Assembly (NCBI GenBank): GCA_963677435.1
Contig: OY781945.1
Location: 1,728,001 to 1,792,000 of the forward strand
DNA from: an uncultured Aliarcobacter sp.
GTDB lineage: Bacteria > Campylobacterota > Campylobacteria > Campylobacterales > Arcobacteraceae
Length of the DNA: 64,000 nt
Reading direction: 5' to 3'
Shown in pieces: positions 9,665 to 19,883 of this stretch. The notes under the pieces are model-generated. The model searched no databases. It was not told the DNA's origin and worked only from the letters and a program-made list of their open reading frames with translations. Positions within the stretch are counted from its first letter, which is position 1. Each line of letters opens with the position of its first letter. The position numbers were made by a program, and so were the translations under genes.

Positions 9665-10345
9665 ATGCATATAGAAGCAGGAATTGTGCATGGCGCAAAA
9701 ATAGTTTTAGGTTATGGAACAGCTATTGTTTCATTTGGAATTGCTACTAAATTAGCAGTAGAAAGTATTAAAAATAGTGGAATATTACCTATGTTAGTAA
9801 AAACTATTATTACTACTTTGTTTGTATTTTTATTTTTTGAGGTATTTCCTCATCAAGCAGTTGGCATTTCAGAAGTTCATTTGATTTTGGGATCAACACT
9901 CTTTTTAATTTTTGGCATTGCACCAGCTACATTTGGTTTAGCTTTTGGATTATTGATTCAAGGTTTGTTTTTTGCACCACTTGATTTAGCACAATATGGG
10001 ATGAATGTAACAACACTTTTAATGCCTTTATTTGTTATGGGATATTTAGCAAAAAAAATTATTCCAACAAATATTGCATACAAAGATATTAAATATCTAG
10101 ATGCTTTAAAATTATCAGTAATTTATCAAGGTGGAATCGTTTCTTGGGTTGCTTTTTGGGCATTTTATGGACAAGGATTTAGTGTTGAAAGTTTAAGTTC
10201 AGTTTTCACATTTGGTTTAGCATATATGAGTGTTATTATCTTAGAACCATTAGTTGATTTATCAGTTTTAGTTGTAGTAAAAACTTTAAATTCTTTACAA
10301 AATAGCCCTTTTGTTGAGATTAGACTTTTTAATATAGCAAAATAA
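9665..10345 (+). CDS. cbiM: CbiM-family cobalt ECF S-component
   Basis: N-terminal MHI metal-binding motif, SEVHLILG, LLIQGLFF, YGMN; multipass hydrophobic. Confidence 0.88.
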   Translation: MHIEAGIVHGAKIVLGYGTAIVSFGIATKLAVESIKNSGILPMLVKTIITTLFVFLFFEVFPHQAVGISEVHLILGSTLFLIFGIAPATFGLAFGLLIQGLFFAPLDLAQYGMNVTTLLMPLFVMGYLAKKIIPTNIAYKDIKYLDALKLSVIYQGGIVSWVAFWAFYGQGFSVESLSSVFTFGLAYMSVIILEPLVDLSVLVVVKTLNSLQNSPFVEIRLFNIAK

Positions 10346-11187
10346 TGAAAAGATTTAGACATTACAACAAGAAAAGAGCTATTGTCCTTGCTTGTTTTGG
10401 TTCAGTAATAGAGCAACAAAAATATTTAGATTTAGAAGATATGATTTGTGAAAAGTTTCCCGATTGTGATATTTTCGTCTCTTTTTCTTCAAGAATGGTA
10501 ATAAAACTTTTAAAAAAGAAAAAAAATGAAGAGTATAAAAACCTTCCTCAAACCTTAGCTGATATTGATATGTTGGGATATAAGCATGTTGTAGTCTCAT
10601 CTATAAATATATTTCCAACAGATGAACATGAAGTTTTGAAGAAAATTGTTGATGGATTCAAAAATTTTTCTTTAGCAAATATTGCTTTTACAAATGCACT
10701 TTTAACAAAAGTTAAAGATACAACAGCCTTTTTAAAAGATTTAAATGAGCAAATTTCAAAAGATGATACGGCTAATCTTTTTGTAATACACGGAACTCCA
10801 AAGCTTGATACTGTTGGAATTGATTCAATAAATTATTGTGCATCATTTTTAGAGTTGATTAGTGAAAAAAACTTTTGTTGTTCCCTTGAAGGAGCATTTC
10901 CTTATTTTGAAATAAATGATGTAATAAAAACAAAAATTCAAAAAACAGGCTTAAAAAAAGTTCAAGTCGTACCCTTACTTTTAGTTAGTGGAAATCATTA
11001 TGTTAAAGATATGTTTGAAATAAAAGATGATTTATCTGAAATGTTTGAATCTTCAATAGTTTCAAGTTTAACTGCAAGTGAGCAGTTTAATTTGATTGAA
11101 TTACCAATGATTCAAAAAATTATTGAAAAAGGTATTCAAGATTCATTTAGAATACTTGGTACAAGTCATAAAGAAATTACTTATTAA
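10345..11187 (+). CDS. cbiK: Sirohydrochlorin cobaltochelatase
   Basis: CFGS, FSSRMV, HGT and PLLLVSGNH (two catalytic His). Confidence 0.88.
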   Translation: MKRFRHYNKKRAIVLACFGSVIEQQKYLDLEDMICEKFPDCDIFVSFSSRMVIKLLKKKKNEEYKNLPQTLADIDMLGYKHVVVSSINIFPTDEHEVLKKIVDGFKNFSLANIAFTNALLTKVKDTTAFLKDLNEQISKDDTANLFVIHGTPKLDTVGIDSINYCASFLELISEKNFCCSLEGAFPYFEINDVIKTKIQKTGLKKVQVVPLLLVSGNHYVKDMFEIKDDLSEMFESSIVSSLTASEQFNLIELPMIQKIIEKGIQDSFRILGTSHKEITY

Positions 11188-11196
11188 GGAAACAAA

Positions 11197-11859
11197 ATGA
11201 AATTATATATGGTTTCTTTAGGACCGGGTGATTTTGAACTTATTACCGTAAAAGCATTAAGAGCTTTGAAAAACTCAGATGCTATTTGTGTTCCCACAAA
11301 AAGCCCTGACAACAGTTTTACTCGTTCTATGACTTACAAAATAATTCAAAAATTAATGGAAGAATTTGATTTTGTAAAACCAATTATTCCAATGTATACG
11401 CCAATGCATTTTAAAACGGAAGATTGGCAACATCAAGTAAATATTATTCATAAATCATTCGAGGAATATAATACTTTATCTTTTGTAACTTTAGGAGATA
11501 GTGCTGTTTATAGTACGGTTTATTATTTATTAGATTTAATAAAAGAACAACATAGTATTGTTTATGAAAAATCTGAAGTAATACCTGGAATAACATCTTT
11601 CTCAAATGCTTCTGCAAAAGTGAAAAAACCTTTATGTATTGGAGATGGCTCTTTTAGTATTGTTCCTTTACATAAAAAAGATGTGCCAAATACAACTGTT
11701 TATATGAGACCAAAAATTGGAATGAAAACAGATGAAATACCTCAAATAGGGCAAATGTTTACTTTTGAAAATTTAAATTTTAAAGGAGAAAATATTTTCG
11801 AACAAAGAAAAGATATAGTTGATAAATATATGACTCTATTTATAGATTTTGCTCAATAA
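11197..11859 (+). CDS. cbiL: Cobalt-precorrin-2 C20-methyltransferase (CbiL/CobI)
   Basis: LGPGDFELITVKA, TLGDSAVYST and PGITS motifs. Confidence 0.88.
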   Translation: MKLYMVSLGPGDFELITVKALRALKNSDAICVPTKSPDNSFTRSMTYKIIQKLMEEFDFVKPIIPMYTPMHFKTEDWQHQVNIIHKSFEEYNTLSFVTLGDSAVYSTVYYLLDLIKEQHSIVYEKSEVIPGITSFSNASAKVKKPLCIGDGSFSIVPLHKKDVPNTTVYMRPKIGMKTDEIPQIGQMFTFENLNFKGENIFEQRKDIVDKYMTLFIDFAQ

Positions 11860-11922
11860 ATTTATATAAGTTAAACTTATGTAAACTAAGAATATTTTTA
11901 TTATATTAAGTTATAATTTTAT

Positions 11923-12135
11923 CTATTTAGTTGGATTTAGTTTAGCTTTTAGTTTTTTAGGCAAGTGAGCAAATACCATTGTACTATTTTTGATAAATTT
12001 TTCTTTTTCATAAATAGCAATATCAAGGCTCATGGCTTGGATTTTGAAATTCAATAGTTTTATAGTTTGGTTTCTCTCTTCAAAAAAGAGATTTTCTTTA
12101 CTTAAATCAATTGTTGTATTTTTATTTTTTGCCAA
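11923..12135 (-). CDS. Small hypothetical protein
   Basis: 70 aa, TTG start after AAGG; C-terminal FAHLPKKLKAKLNP. Confidence 0.7.
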   Translation of the reverse strand: MAKNKNTTIDLSKENLFFEERNQTIKLLNFKIQAMSLDIAIYEKEKFIKNSTMVFAHLPKKLKAKLNPTK

Positions 12136-12193
12136 AACTTGCCTTTATAAATTTTTTCTAATTATAATAAATTATTCTTAATAGGATTTAATA

Positions 12194-13168
12194 ATGCAAG
12201 AAGAGTCAATTAAATCAATTCCCTCAAACAGATTGCAGTTTTTCCCAATAATGATGTTTGCAACTATTATGGGACTTGCTGGTTTAACTTTGGTTTATAA
12301 AAGAGTTAGTGAAGTTTTATATTTTCCATCTTTTGTTTCAACAGTTATGATGGTTATTACAACTATTGTATTTCTTACGGTTTTATATTTTTACATTTTA
12401 AAAATTATAAAATATAAAGATGAAGTAAAAAAAGAGTTTTCTCATCCAGTACGAATTAACTTTTTTGCAGCATCATCTATCTCAACCCTTCTTTTATCAA
12501 TGGTTTATCGACATAATATTGATGAAATATCTCAAGTGTTGTTTGTTTTAGGTGCATTTTTACATATATTTTTTACTTTTTATACTATTAAATTTTGGAT
12601 AAATAATAATCTTGAAATGCAACACTCAAATCCTGCTTGGTTTATTCCTATTGTTGGAAACTTGATAGTTCCAATAGCTGGAAAAGGTTTTGTTGATGAT
12701 TCAGTATTGTATTTTTATTTTTCAATTGGAATTTTCTTTTGGATTATTTTATTTGCAATTATTTTAAATAGAATCATTTTTCACGCGCAGTTTATGCCAA
12801 AATTTATGCCAACACTTTTTATTCTTATTGCACCTCCTGCTATTGGATTTATTTCATATATAAAACTAACTGGAAATTTAGATTTCTTTGCACAAATTTT
12901 GTTTAATTTAGGACTGTTTTTTACAATCTTAGTTTTTGTTATGTATAAAAATTTTATTAAAATAAAATTCTTTATATCTTGGTGGGCTTTTACTTTTCCA
13001 ATGGCTGCAATTACACTTGCAACTATTTTAATGTATGAATTAACTTCAAAGTTTTTTTATGGGGTTTTAGCTTATTCTTTGATGATTATAACAACTATAA
13101 TAATAATTTTAGTTGCACGACAAACAATAATTCATATGAATAAAAAAGAAATTTGTATTATGGAGTAA
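12194..13168 (+). CDS. SLAC1/TehA (TDT) family anion channel
   Basis: FATIMGLAGL, HPVRINFF, NPAWFIP.VG and SWWAFTFP motifs. Confidence 0.9.
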   Translation: MQEESIKSIPSNRLQFFPIMMFATIMGLAGLTLVYKRVSEVLYFPSFVSTVMMVITTIVFLTVLYFYILKIIKYKDEVKKEFSHPVRINFFAASSISTLLLSMVYRHNIDEISQVLFVLGAFLHIFFTFYTIKFWINNNLEMQHSNPAWFIPIVGNLIVPIAGKGFVDDSVLYFYFSIGIFFWIILFAIILNRIIFHAQFMPKFMPTLFILIAPPAIGFISYIKLTGNLDFFAQILFNLGLFFTILVFVMYKNFIKIKFFISWWAFTFPMAAITLATILMYELTSKFFYGVLAYSLMIITTIIIILVARQTIIHMNKKEICIME

Positions 13169-13234
13169 TATTTAATTTGTATTTTTCTTAAAATAGTTAT
13201 AATATTTTCCTATTAAAAATATGAAGGATATATT

Positions 13235-14254
13235 ATGGATTTTAGATATATAGGAAAAAGTGGTTTAAGAGTTAGTTCAATTTGTATGGGAACTATGACT
13301 TTTGGTTCAAGTACATCAAAACAAGAAGCTTTTAAAATTTTAGATAAAGCGTATGAGAGTGGAATAAATTTTTATGATACTGCTGAGATTTATCCAGTTC
13401 CACCAAAAAAATCTTATGAAGGAACAACTGAGTTAATCGTTGGAGAGTGGTTAAAAACAAAACCAAGAGATTCAATAATCTTAGCTACAAAAGTTAGTGG
13501 TGCAGCATCTGGTTGGTTTGTTCCACCAACGCGACATGGTTTAACTGCAATTGATTCTTTTCATATAAAAAGAGCGATAGAAGGAAGTTTAAAAAGACTT
13601 GATACTGATTACATTGATCTTTATCAAATGCATTGGCCTGATACTATTGTGCCTATTGAAGAGTCTTTAAAAGCTTTTGATGAGTTAGTTCGTGAAGGAA
13701 AAGTACGATACATTGGAAGTTCAAATGACACAGCTTATGGTCTTACAAAAGCAAATGAAACTTCAAAAAATAAGAATCTAACAAGGTTTGAATCAATTCA
13801 AAATAATTTCTCACTTTTAAATCCAAGATTTTTAGATGAATTATCAACAGTTTGTAAAAAAGAGAATATTTCATTACTTCCATACTCACCAATTGGTGGA
13901 GGAGTTTTAAGTGGAAAATATAATAATGCTTTTTATCCAGATGATGCTAGATTTACAGCTTATATGAAACATGAAAATCCAAGAGTTCAAGCACAAGCGA
14001 CTAGATTTGTAAATGACAAAACAATTGCTGCAACTGCGAAATATATAGAGCTCGCTAAGCAATACGGAATCTCACCTGTAACATTAGCAGTTGCATATTC
14101 AAAACATTTTGATTTTGTTGCTTCTACGATTATTGGAGCTAGAACTCTTAATCAATTAGATGAATCATTAGCTGCATTTAAATTTAATATTGATGATGAA
14201 TTAATGAAAAAAATTGAGAATATTCAAAAAGAAATTTTATATCCTATGGGATAA
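13235..14254 (+). CDS. Aldo/keto reductase (Tas-like)
   Basis: GTMTFG, DTAEIYPVP, DYIDLYQMHWP and YSPIGGG motifs. Confidence 0.9.
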   Translation: MDFRYIGKSGLRVSSICMGTMTFGSSTSKQEAFKILDKAYESGINFYDTAEIYPVPPKKSYEGTTELIVGEWLKTKPRDSIILATKVSGAASGWFVPPTRHGLTAIDSFHIKRAIEGSLKRLDTDYIDLYQMHWPDTIVPIEESLKAFDELVREGKVRYIGSSNDTAYGLTKANETSKNKNLTRFESIQNNFSLLNPRFLDELSTVCKKENISLLPYSPIGGGVLSGKYNNAFYPDDARFTAYMKHENPRVQAQATRFVNDKTIAATAKYIELAKQYGISPVTLAVAYSKHFDFVASTIIGARTLNQLDESLAAFKFNIDDELMKKIENIQKEILYPMG

Positions 14255-14337
14255 ATTTGTTATATTTTTATACAAGTTTTAATCTTTAATTTTAGAATAA
14301 AATACTAAAATAAGGCTATTTTGGAATAAGGATTAAA

Positions 14338-16881
14338 ATGAAAGACCTTACAATAGGGAAAAAATTTACATTAATAAATCTAATAGTTACTATATTGGTT
14401 TTAGTAATAGGATACTTTATATTAAACAAGTATAAAAATGATTTGACTAAAGAGGTTTATAATGAGGTAACTTTAGAGTTAAATACATTATCAAATCTTA
14501 AAATAGAAGCAAAATTGGAAGCTGGAATTTCAAATGCCATTTCTATTGCTAATGATTCTTCAATAAGAGAATCATTAGCTTCAAGCAATAGAGACTTAGC
14601 AATAAATACTTTAGTAAACTTATCAAAAAGTATGAAAGATTCTACTCCTTTTAAAAATATTCAAGTTCATCTTCATACAAAAGATAATCACTCCTTTCTG
14701 CGTTCATGGTCACCAACAAAATTTGGTGATGATTTAAGTTCTTTTAGAGCAAGTGTTGTAAAAGCAAATTCTGAAAAAATTGCTGTAAATGGTTTTGAAA
14801 TTGGAAATGCAGGACTAAGTATTAGATCGGTAGTTCCTATTTTTGATGTAAATAAAAATCATGTTGGTTCTTTAGAATTTATGCAGGGAATTAATTCTGT
14901 TGCTAGTTCATTTGATAAAGAGAATAAAGCATTTTTGTTATTAATGGATAGTTCACTAGCCACAGTTAAAATAAAAGAAGAAGATAAATTAGATAAATAT
15001 CTAATTTCTCAAAAATTTATAAATAAAGCTTTTTTAGAAGATGCTAAAAAGATTGACTTTAAAGAACTTCTAAATAATAAATATTTAATTTCAGATAAGT
15101 ATTTTTACACTTATATGGATATCTCAGACTTTGAAGGTAAAAAATTAGGAATTGCATTAATCGCAAAACCAATTGAAATTGTTCAAACAGCTATAAATCA
15201 CGCTTCATATATTATTTGGGTTGCTTTAATTATTTTATTTATTGCATTAACTATTACAATGATTATTTCATTGATAAATATGAAAAATTATATTTTAGCT
15301 CCAATATTAAATCTTAAAAACTCAATCAATTCAATTAGTTCACATAGTTTATCTCAAAGTACAAGAATAGAAGTAAAATCAAATGATGAAATAGGTGATG
15401 TTGTAAATAGTTTCAATAATTATTTAGATTCTATTGAAAAAGGATTAATTGTTGATCAGTTGGTAATAGATGAATCAAGGCAAATAATAGCAAAAGTAAA
15501 TGCGGGATTATTAAATGACAGAATTAAAGGTAAAGCTCACTCTTTAGGTGTTGATTCTTTAGTTAATGAAATTAATAATATGATTGAGAGAATGCAAAAA
15601 AACCTTACAATTTTAAGTGGAGCCTTAGTTGCATTATCAACAGCAAAATATGACTATGAAATTCCACATATTCAAGATGTAACAGGAATAATTGCTTCAT
15701 TAATTAGTGGTACAAAAGTTACTCAATCTTCAATAAACGAGATTATGTGTCTAATTGAAAAATCAAATAATGAACTATCTTCAAGTTCAAGTGAACTTAC
15801 AAATGCATCTAAAAAACTAAGTGATTCCTCTAATACACAAGCAGCATCACTAGAAGAAACAGCAGCTGCAATTGAAGAGATTTCAGCAACTGTAACAAGA
15901 AGTAGTGAAAATGCAGTCCAAATGGCTTCATATGCAAAAAATGTTACAAAATCAAGTACTGCAGGAAAAGAATTAGCTTATCAAACAGCTACATCAATGG
16001 ATGAAATAAATAATCAAGTATTAGCAATAAATGACGCAATAAGTATTATTGATCAAATTGCCTTTCAAACAAATATTCTTTCTTTAAATGCAGCTGTAGA
16101 AGCAGCAACAGCAGGAGAAGCAGGAAAAGGATTTGCAGTAGTTGCAGCAGAAGTGAGAAATCTTGCTTCAAGAAGTGCTGAAGCTGCAAATGAGATTAAA
16201 AGAATAGTTTCAAATGCAACAGTAAAAGCTAAAGAAGGAAAAGATATAACTTCAAAAATGATTGAGGGATATACTGAATTAAATGAAAATATTGTAGTTA
16301 CTATAAAACTTATTGATGATGTGACAACTGCTTCAAAAGAGCAACAAATGGCAATGGCTCAAATAAATGATACAGTTAATTCACTTGATCAAGTAACTCA
16401 AGAAAATGCAGCACTTGCTTCAACAATAAACGATATGGCTGTAAAAACATCAAATTTAGTGGATCAATTACAAAGTACAATAAACCAAACAAGTTTTGAT
16501 AGAAATGCTCATAAACGAGTTTGTGATACAAATTTAATTATTAATATTAATAGATTAAAATCTGATCATATTAGTTTTAAAAATATGAATTTTGCTTTAT
16601 GTAAAGAAGGTTCTAATTTTACAGTTAAAAATGCCCATGAATGCAACTTGGGAAAATGGATAGATGTAAATGAAAATAAAGCATTTGCAAAAACAAAAGA
16701 GTGGAATGATTTAAAAATAGCACATAAAAATGTACACGAACTTGTACAAAAAACAGTAACTCTATATGCAAATAAAGCAAACAATGAAGAAATATTCTCT
16801 ACAACAAAAATAATGGAAGAGAATATTGATATGGTTTTTGATTTATTAAATAAAATTAGAGAAATAAATTGTGCTGATTAA
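14338..16881 (+). CDS. Methyl-accepting chemotaxis protein with Cache sensor, HAMP and C-terminal CZB domain
   Basis: [30 protein letters not shown] hairpin; C-terminal DH...HECNLGKW...HKNVH zinc-binding pattern. Confidence 0.93.
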   Translation: MKDLTIGKKFTLINLIVTILVLVIGYFILNKYKNDLTKEVYNEVTLELNTLSNLKIEAKLEAGISNAISIANDSSIRESLASSNRDLAINTLVNLSKSMKDSTPFKNIQVHLHTKDNHSFLRSWSPTKFGDDLSSFRASVVKANSEKIAVNGFEIGNAGLSIRSVVPIFDVNKNHVGSLEFMQGINSVASSFDKENKAFLLLMDSSLATVKIKEEDKLDKYLISQKFINKAFLEDAKKIDFKELLNNKYLISDKYFYTYMDISDFEGKKLGIALIAKPIEIVQTAINHASYIIWVALIILFIALTITMIISLINMKNYILAPILNLKNSINSISSHSLSQSTRIEVKSNDEIGDVVNSFNNYLDSIEKGLIVDQLVIDESRQIIAKVNAGLLNDRIKGKAHSLGVDSLVNEINNMIERMQKNLTILSGALVALSTAKYDYEIPHIQDVTGIIASLISGTKVTQSSINEIMCLIEKSNNELSSSSSELTNASKKLSDSSNTQAASLEETAAAIEEISATVTRSSENAVQMASYAKNVTKSSTAGKELAYQTATSMDEINNQVLAINDAISIIDQIAFQTNILSLNAAVEAATAGEAGKGFAVVAAEVRNLASRSAEAANEIKRIVSNATVKAKEGKDITSKMIEGYTELNENIVVTIKLIDDVTTASKEQQMAMAQINDTVNSLDQVTQENAALASTINDMAVKTSNLVDQLQSTINQTSFDRNAHKRVCDTNLIININRLKSDHISFKNMNFALCKEGSNFTVKNAHECNLGKWIDVNENKAFAKTKEWNDLKIAHKNVHELVQKTVTLYANKANNEEIFSTTKIMEENIDMVFDLLNKIREINCAD

Positions 16882-16943
16882 ATTCAGTTATAAATTTTAA
16901 TCTTCTTAAGTTACAATTCTTTTTAGAAAAAAGGATTGTACTT

Positions 16944-17150
16944 TTGAATACTTACAAAGAAATATTAAACCAAGCATACAAACTAAGATTTGAATATTAT
17001 AATTTTTATGAAAATAAAGAATCCCAATGGCATGACAAATATAAAAACCACAAGTTATATGATATTGTTGTAGATAGTTTTAATTACAAATATAGTCAAA
17101 TAGGCGAAGTTATGCCAAAACTTTTGGAAAAATTAGACTTGAAGGGATAA
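16944..17150 (+). CDS. Small hypothetical protein
   Basis: 68 aa, TTG start after AAGGA. Confidence 0.7.
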   Translation: MNTYKEILNQAYKLRFEYYNFYENKESQWHDKYKNHKLYDIVVDSFNYKYSQIGEVMPKLLEKLDLKG

Positions 17151-17160
17151 GTAGAAATAA

Positions 17161-17550
17161 CTACTCTCCAAAATTTGCAAAAGCACCTTCAATACTAGGA
17201 ATGTTCTTGTAATGGGTAGTTGTTAGTCTTACATTACTTGTTTTAAGATCACATATTGCAATTCTAAAACTAGCACCCATAACTGGTTCTACAACACAAA
17301 TAATTTTATTTTCAATCTGTCGTGTTGCATAAATAGTACCTTGCAGATTAGTGAAAAAATATTTTGGATAACTAAGAGGCGTTATTTCAACAACATCTAT
17401 AGACTCTTGATTTTCAAGAGTTTGTACTATATCCATAGCATCATCATAACTCTCAAATTGAATACACCAATCATCAAATCTTTTATTAAAATGTTCTAAA
17501 TCCTCATCTAGAAATCCACCTGCTAATGATTGTAAAGCAAAAATTGACAC
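17161..17550 (-). CDS. Hypothetical protein
   Basis: 129 aa ORF, GTG start after AAGGT. Confidence 0.75.
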   Translation of the reverse strand: MSIFALQSLAGGFLDEDLEHFNKRFDDWCIQFESYDDAMDIVQTLENQESIDVVEITPLSYPKYFFTNLQGTIYATRQIENKIICVVEPVMGASFRIAICDLKTSNVRLTTTHYKNIPSIEGAFANFGE

Positions 17551-17716
17551 AAATACACCTTGTAATATACGAAATTTTGAACACTAATTTTAACATAATT
17601 AACTTTTAAATCTAAGAGTGAGGGATAAATCAATATTTTTGTTAGAATAAAATTAACAGCATATTTACACTTAAGAGTGTAAAATAAACCTAATTGTTAA
17701 ATATATGGAGTTATTA

Positions 17717-18079
17717 GTGAAAATAAGAGTCTATTATGAAGATACAGATTGCGGTGGTGTTGTTTATTATGCAAACTATCTAAATTTTTGTGAAAGAGCT
17801 AGGTCTGAGCTTTTTTTTCAAAAGGGTTTATCCCCTCACAAAAATGATGAGTTTTTTGTGGTAAAAAGTGTGCAAGCTGATTATATTAAATCAGCTGTTT
17901 TTGGTGATATTTTGGAAGTTAAAACAAAATTAGTTGAAAGAAAATCAGCTTCAATTGTGATGTATCAAGAAGTTTTTAGAGATGAGAAACTTTTATTTAA
18001 AGCTACAATTAAATTAGCATTTCTTAAGAACTTTAAACCTTCAAAAATTCCTTTAGAGTTTTTTGATATATTCGAATAA
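17717..18079 (+). CDS. ybgC: YbgC/FadM acyl-CoA thioesterase
   Basis: RVYYEDTDCGGVVYYANYL.F.ERAR. Likely GTG start at 17717 after GGAG. Confidence 0.88.
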   Translation: MKIRVYYEDTDCGGVVYYANYLNFCERARSELFFQKGLSPHKNDEFFVVKSVQADYIKSAVFGDILEVKTKLVERKSASIVMYQEVFRDEKLLFKATIKLAFLKNFKPSKIPLEFFDIFE

Positions 18080-18088
18080 GGAAATAAA

Positions 18089-18553
18089 GTGTTAAAAATA
18101 TTTGTTCTTTCAGTTTTTTTAGTAATTAATTTATTTGCAAATGAGATTTATATTCTTCCAAAACAAAGTGAAGATATTAAAGACAAAATTAGCGAATCAA
18201 TTACAAGTGCAAAACATGAAATATTAATAGCTATGTATAATTTTTCTTATAAAAAGTTTGCAAAGGATTTAGTAGAAGCTTCAAAAAATGGAGTTAAGAT
18301 AACTGTTTTTCTTGATGCAAAAAAAGTAAAAGATGATTCAGAAATTTTTGATTTTCTTAAAAAGAATGACATAAAAGTAATTCTTGTAAAAGATAAAATG
18401 CACTTAAAATTAGCATTAATTGATTCAAAAACTGCAATTTTTGGCAGTATTAATTGGACAAAAGAGTCTTTTGAAGAAAATTATGAATTGGTTTATATAA
18501 GTGAAGATAAAAAAACAATAGCAGAACTTACTACTTTTATAAAAACACTCTAA
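18089..18553 (+). CDS. Secreted single-HKD phospholipase D-family nuclease (Nuc-like)
   Basis: Signal peptide; MHLKLALID...GSINWT...NYE. Confidence 0.85.
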   Translation: MLKIFVLSVFLVINLFANEIYILPKQSEDIKDKISESITSAKHEILIAMYNFSYKKFAKDLVEASKNGVKITVFLDAKKVKDDSEIFDFLKKNDIKVILVKDKMHLKLALIDSKTAIFGSINWTKESFEENYELVYISEDKKTIAELTTFIKTL

Positions 18554-18635
18554 ATTAGGGGTTGATTTTACATATCTTCAAGTATTAAAGTAGTATGATA
18601 ATAACAAAAAATATCATTAAAAAAGGATTATTACC

Positions 18636-19883
18636 TTGTTAGAAATATTTGTTATAGCTTTTTGTTTATATTTTGTATTTAACACATATACATCATTTAT
18701 GCAAATTGGTTACATTAAAAACGCAAAAAATCTAAAACCTATCATTTTAGATTCTTCAAAATATCTTGAAGCTGCAAACTACTCAATAGAAAAAGAAAAA
18801 CTGGCTATTTGTTCATCATTTTATGACTTTATACTTTTTATTTTATGGATTGGCTTTGGTTTATCATTTTTAGATTCATTGGTTCAAATAGACTCTTTTT
18901 GGCTAAAAGCTGTTGTTTTTGTGGATTTGTTTATTATTATAAATTGGATTTTGACTCTTCCTTTTGAACTTTATTCAACATTTAAATTAAATAAAAAATA
19001 TGGTTTTTCAAATATGACACCAGCTTTATTTATAAAAGATACTTTAAAAACTGGAGTTCTGTTTTTAGTTTTTGGATCAATTGTAATTGCTGGAATTTCA
19101 TTTATTATAAATAGTTTTTCAGCTTGGTGGATTTGGGGATTTGCTTTTATTTTTGCTGTTATTATTTTGATAAATATGCTTTATCCTGTAATTAGAGATA
19201 AAATGTTTGATAAATTCGAAAAATTAAAAGATAAAGATTTAGAAGTAAAAATTGAAAATCTTTTAGATGAAGTAGGTTTTAAAAGTAGTGGAGTTTTTTC
19301 TGTAGATGCAAGTAAAAGAGATAATAGATTAAATGCATATTTTGGTGGATTAGGAAGTACAAAAAGAGTAGTTTTATTTGATACATTGATTGAAAAATTA
19401 ACACATAATGAATTATTAGCAGTTCTAGGACATGAATTAGGACACTTTAAAAATGGAGATATTATAAAAAATATCGGAATTATGGGTGTTGTTATGTTTG
19501 TATTTTTTGCAATTTTTGGAAATTTACCAGATAAGCTATTCTTAGGGTTATCTTTGAATAATGAACCTTATGCAATTATTGCAGTGTTTATGATTTTTTC
19601 ACCAATTTTATCATTTTTTCTAATGCCTTTGATTTCTATGATTTCAAGACATAATGAATATGCTGCTGATGAATTTGGTTCAAATTTATCATCAAAAGAG
19701 GATTTAGTAAGTGCTTTGTTAAAATTAGCAAATGAGAATAAATCATTTCCTCTTTCACATCCTATGTATATTTTCTTTTATTACTCTCATCCACCATTGA
19801 TTGAAAGATTTAAAGAGTTAGGTTATGATGTACATGCTATGGATTTAGAAAGTGCTTTAAAAGGAGAATTTAATGTTGAATAG
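18636..19883 (+). CDS. M48 (Ste24-like) zinc metalloprotease
   Basis: NAYFGG, HELGH, EYAAD and SHPPL motifs; multiple TM segments. Confidence 0.92.
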   Translation: MLEIFVIAFCLYFVFNTYTSFMQIGYIKNAKNLKPIILDSSKYLEAANYSIEKEKLAICSSFYDFILFILWIGFGLSFLDSLVQIDSFWLKAVVFVDLFIIINWILTLPFELYSTFKLNKKYGFSNMTPALFIKDTLKTGVLFLVFGSIVIAGISFIINSFSAWWIWGFAFIFAVIILINMLYPVIRDKMFDKFEKLKDKDLEVKIENLLDEVGFKSSGVFSVDASKRDNRLNAYFGGLGSTKRVVLFDTLIEKLTHNELLAVLGHELGHFKNGDIIKNIGIMGVVMFVFFAIFGNLPDKLFLGLSLNNEPYAIIAVFMIFSPILSFFLMPLISMISRHNEYAADEFGSNLSSKEDLVSALLKLANENKSFPLSHPMYIFFYYSHPPLIERFKELGYDVHAMDLESALKGEFNVE

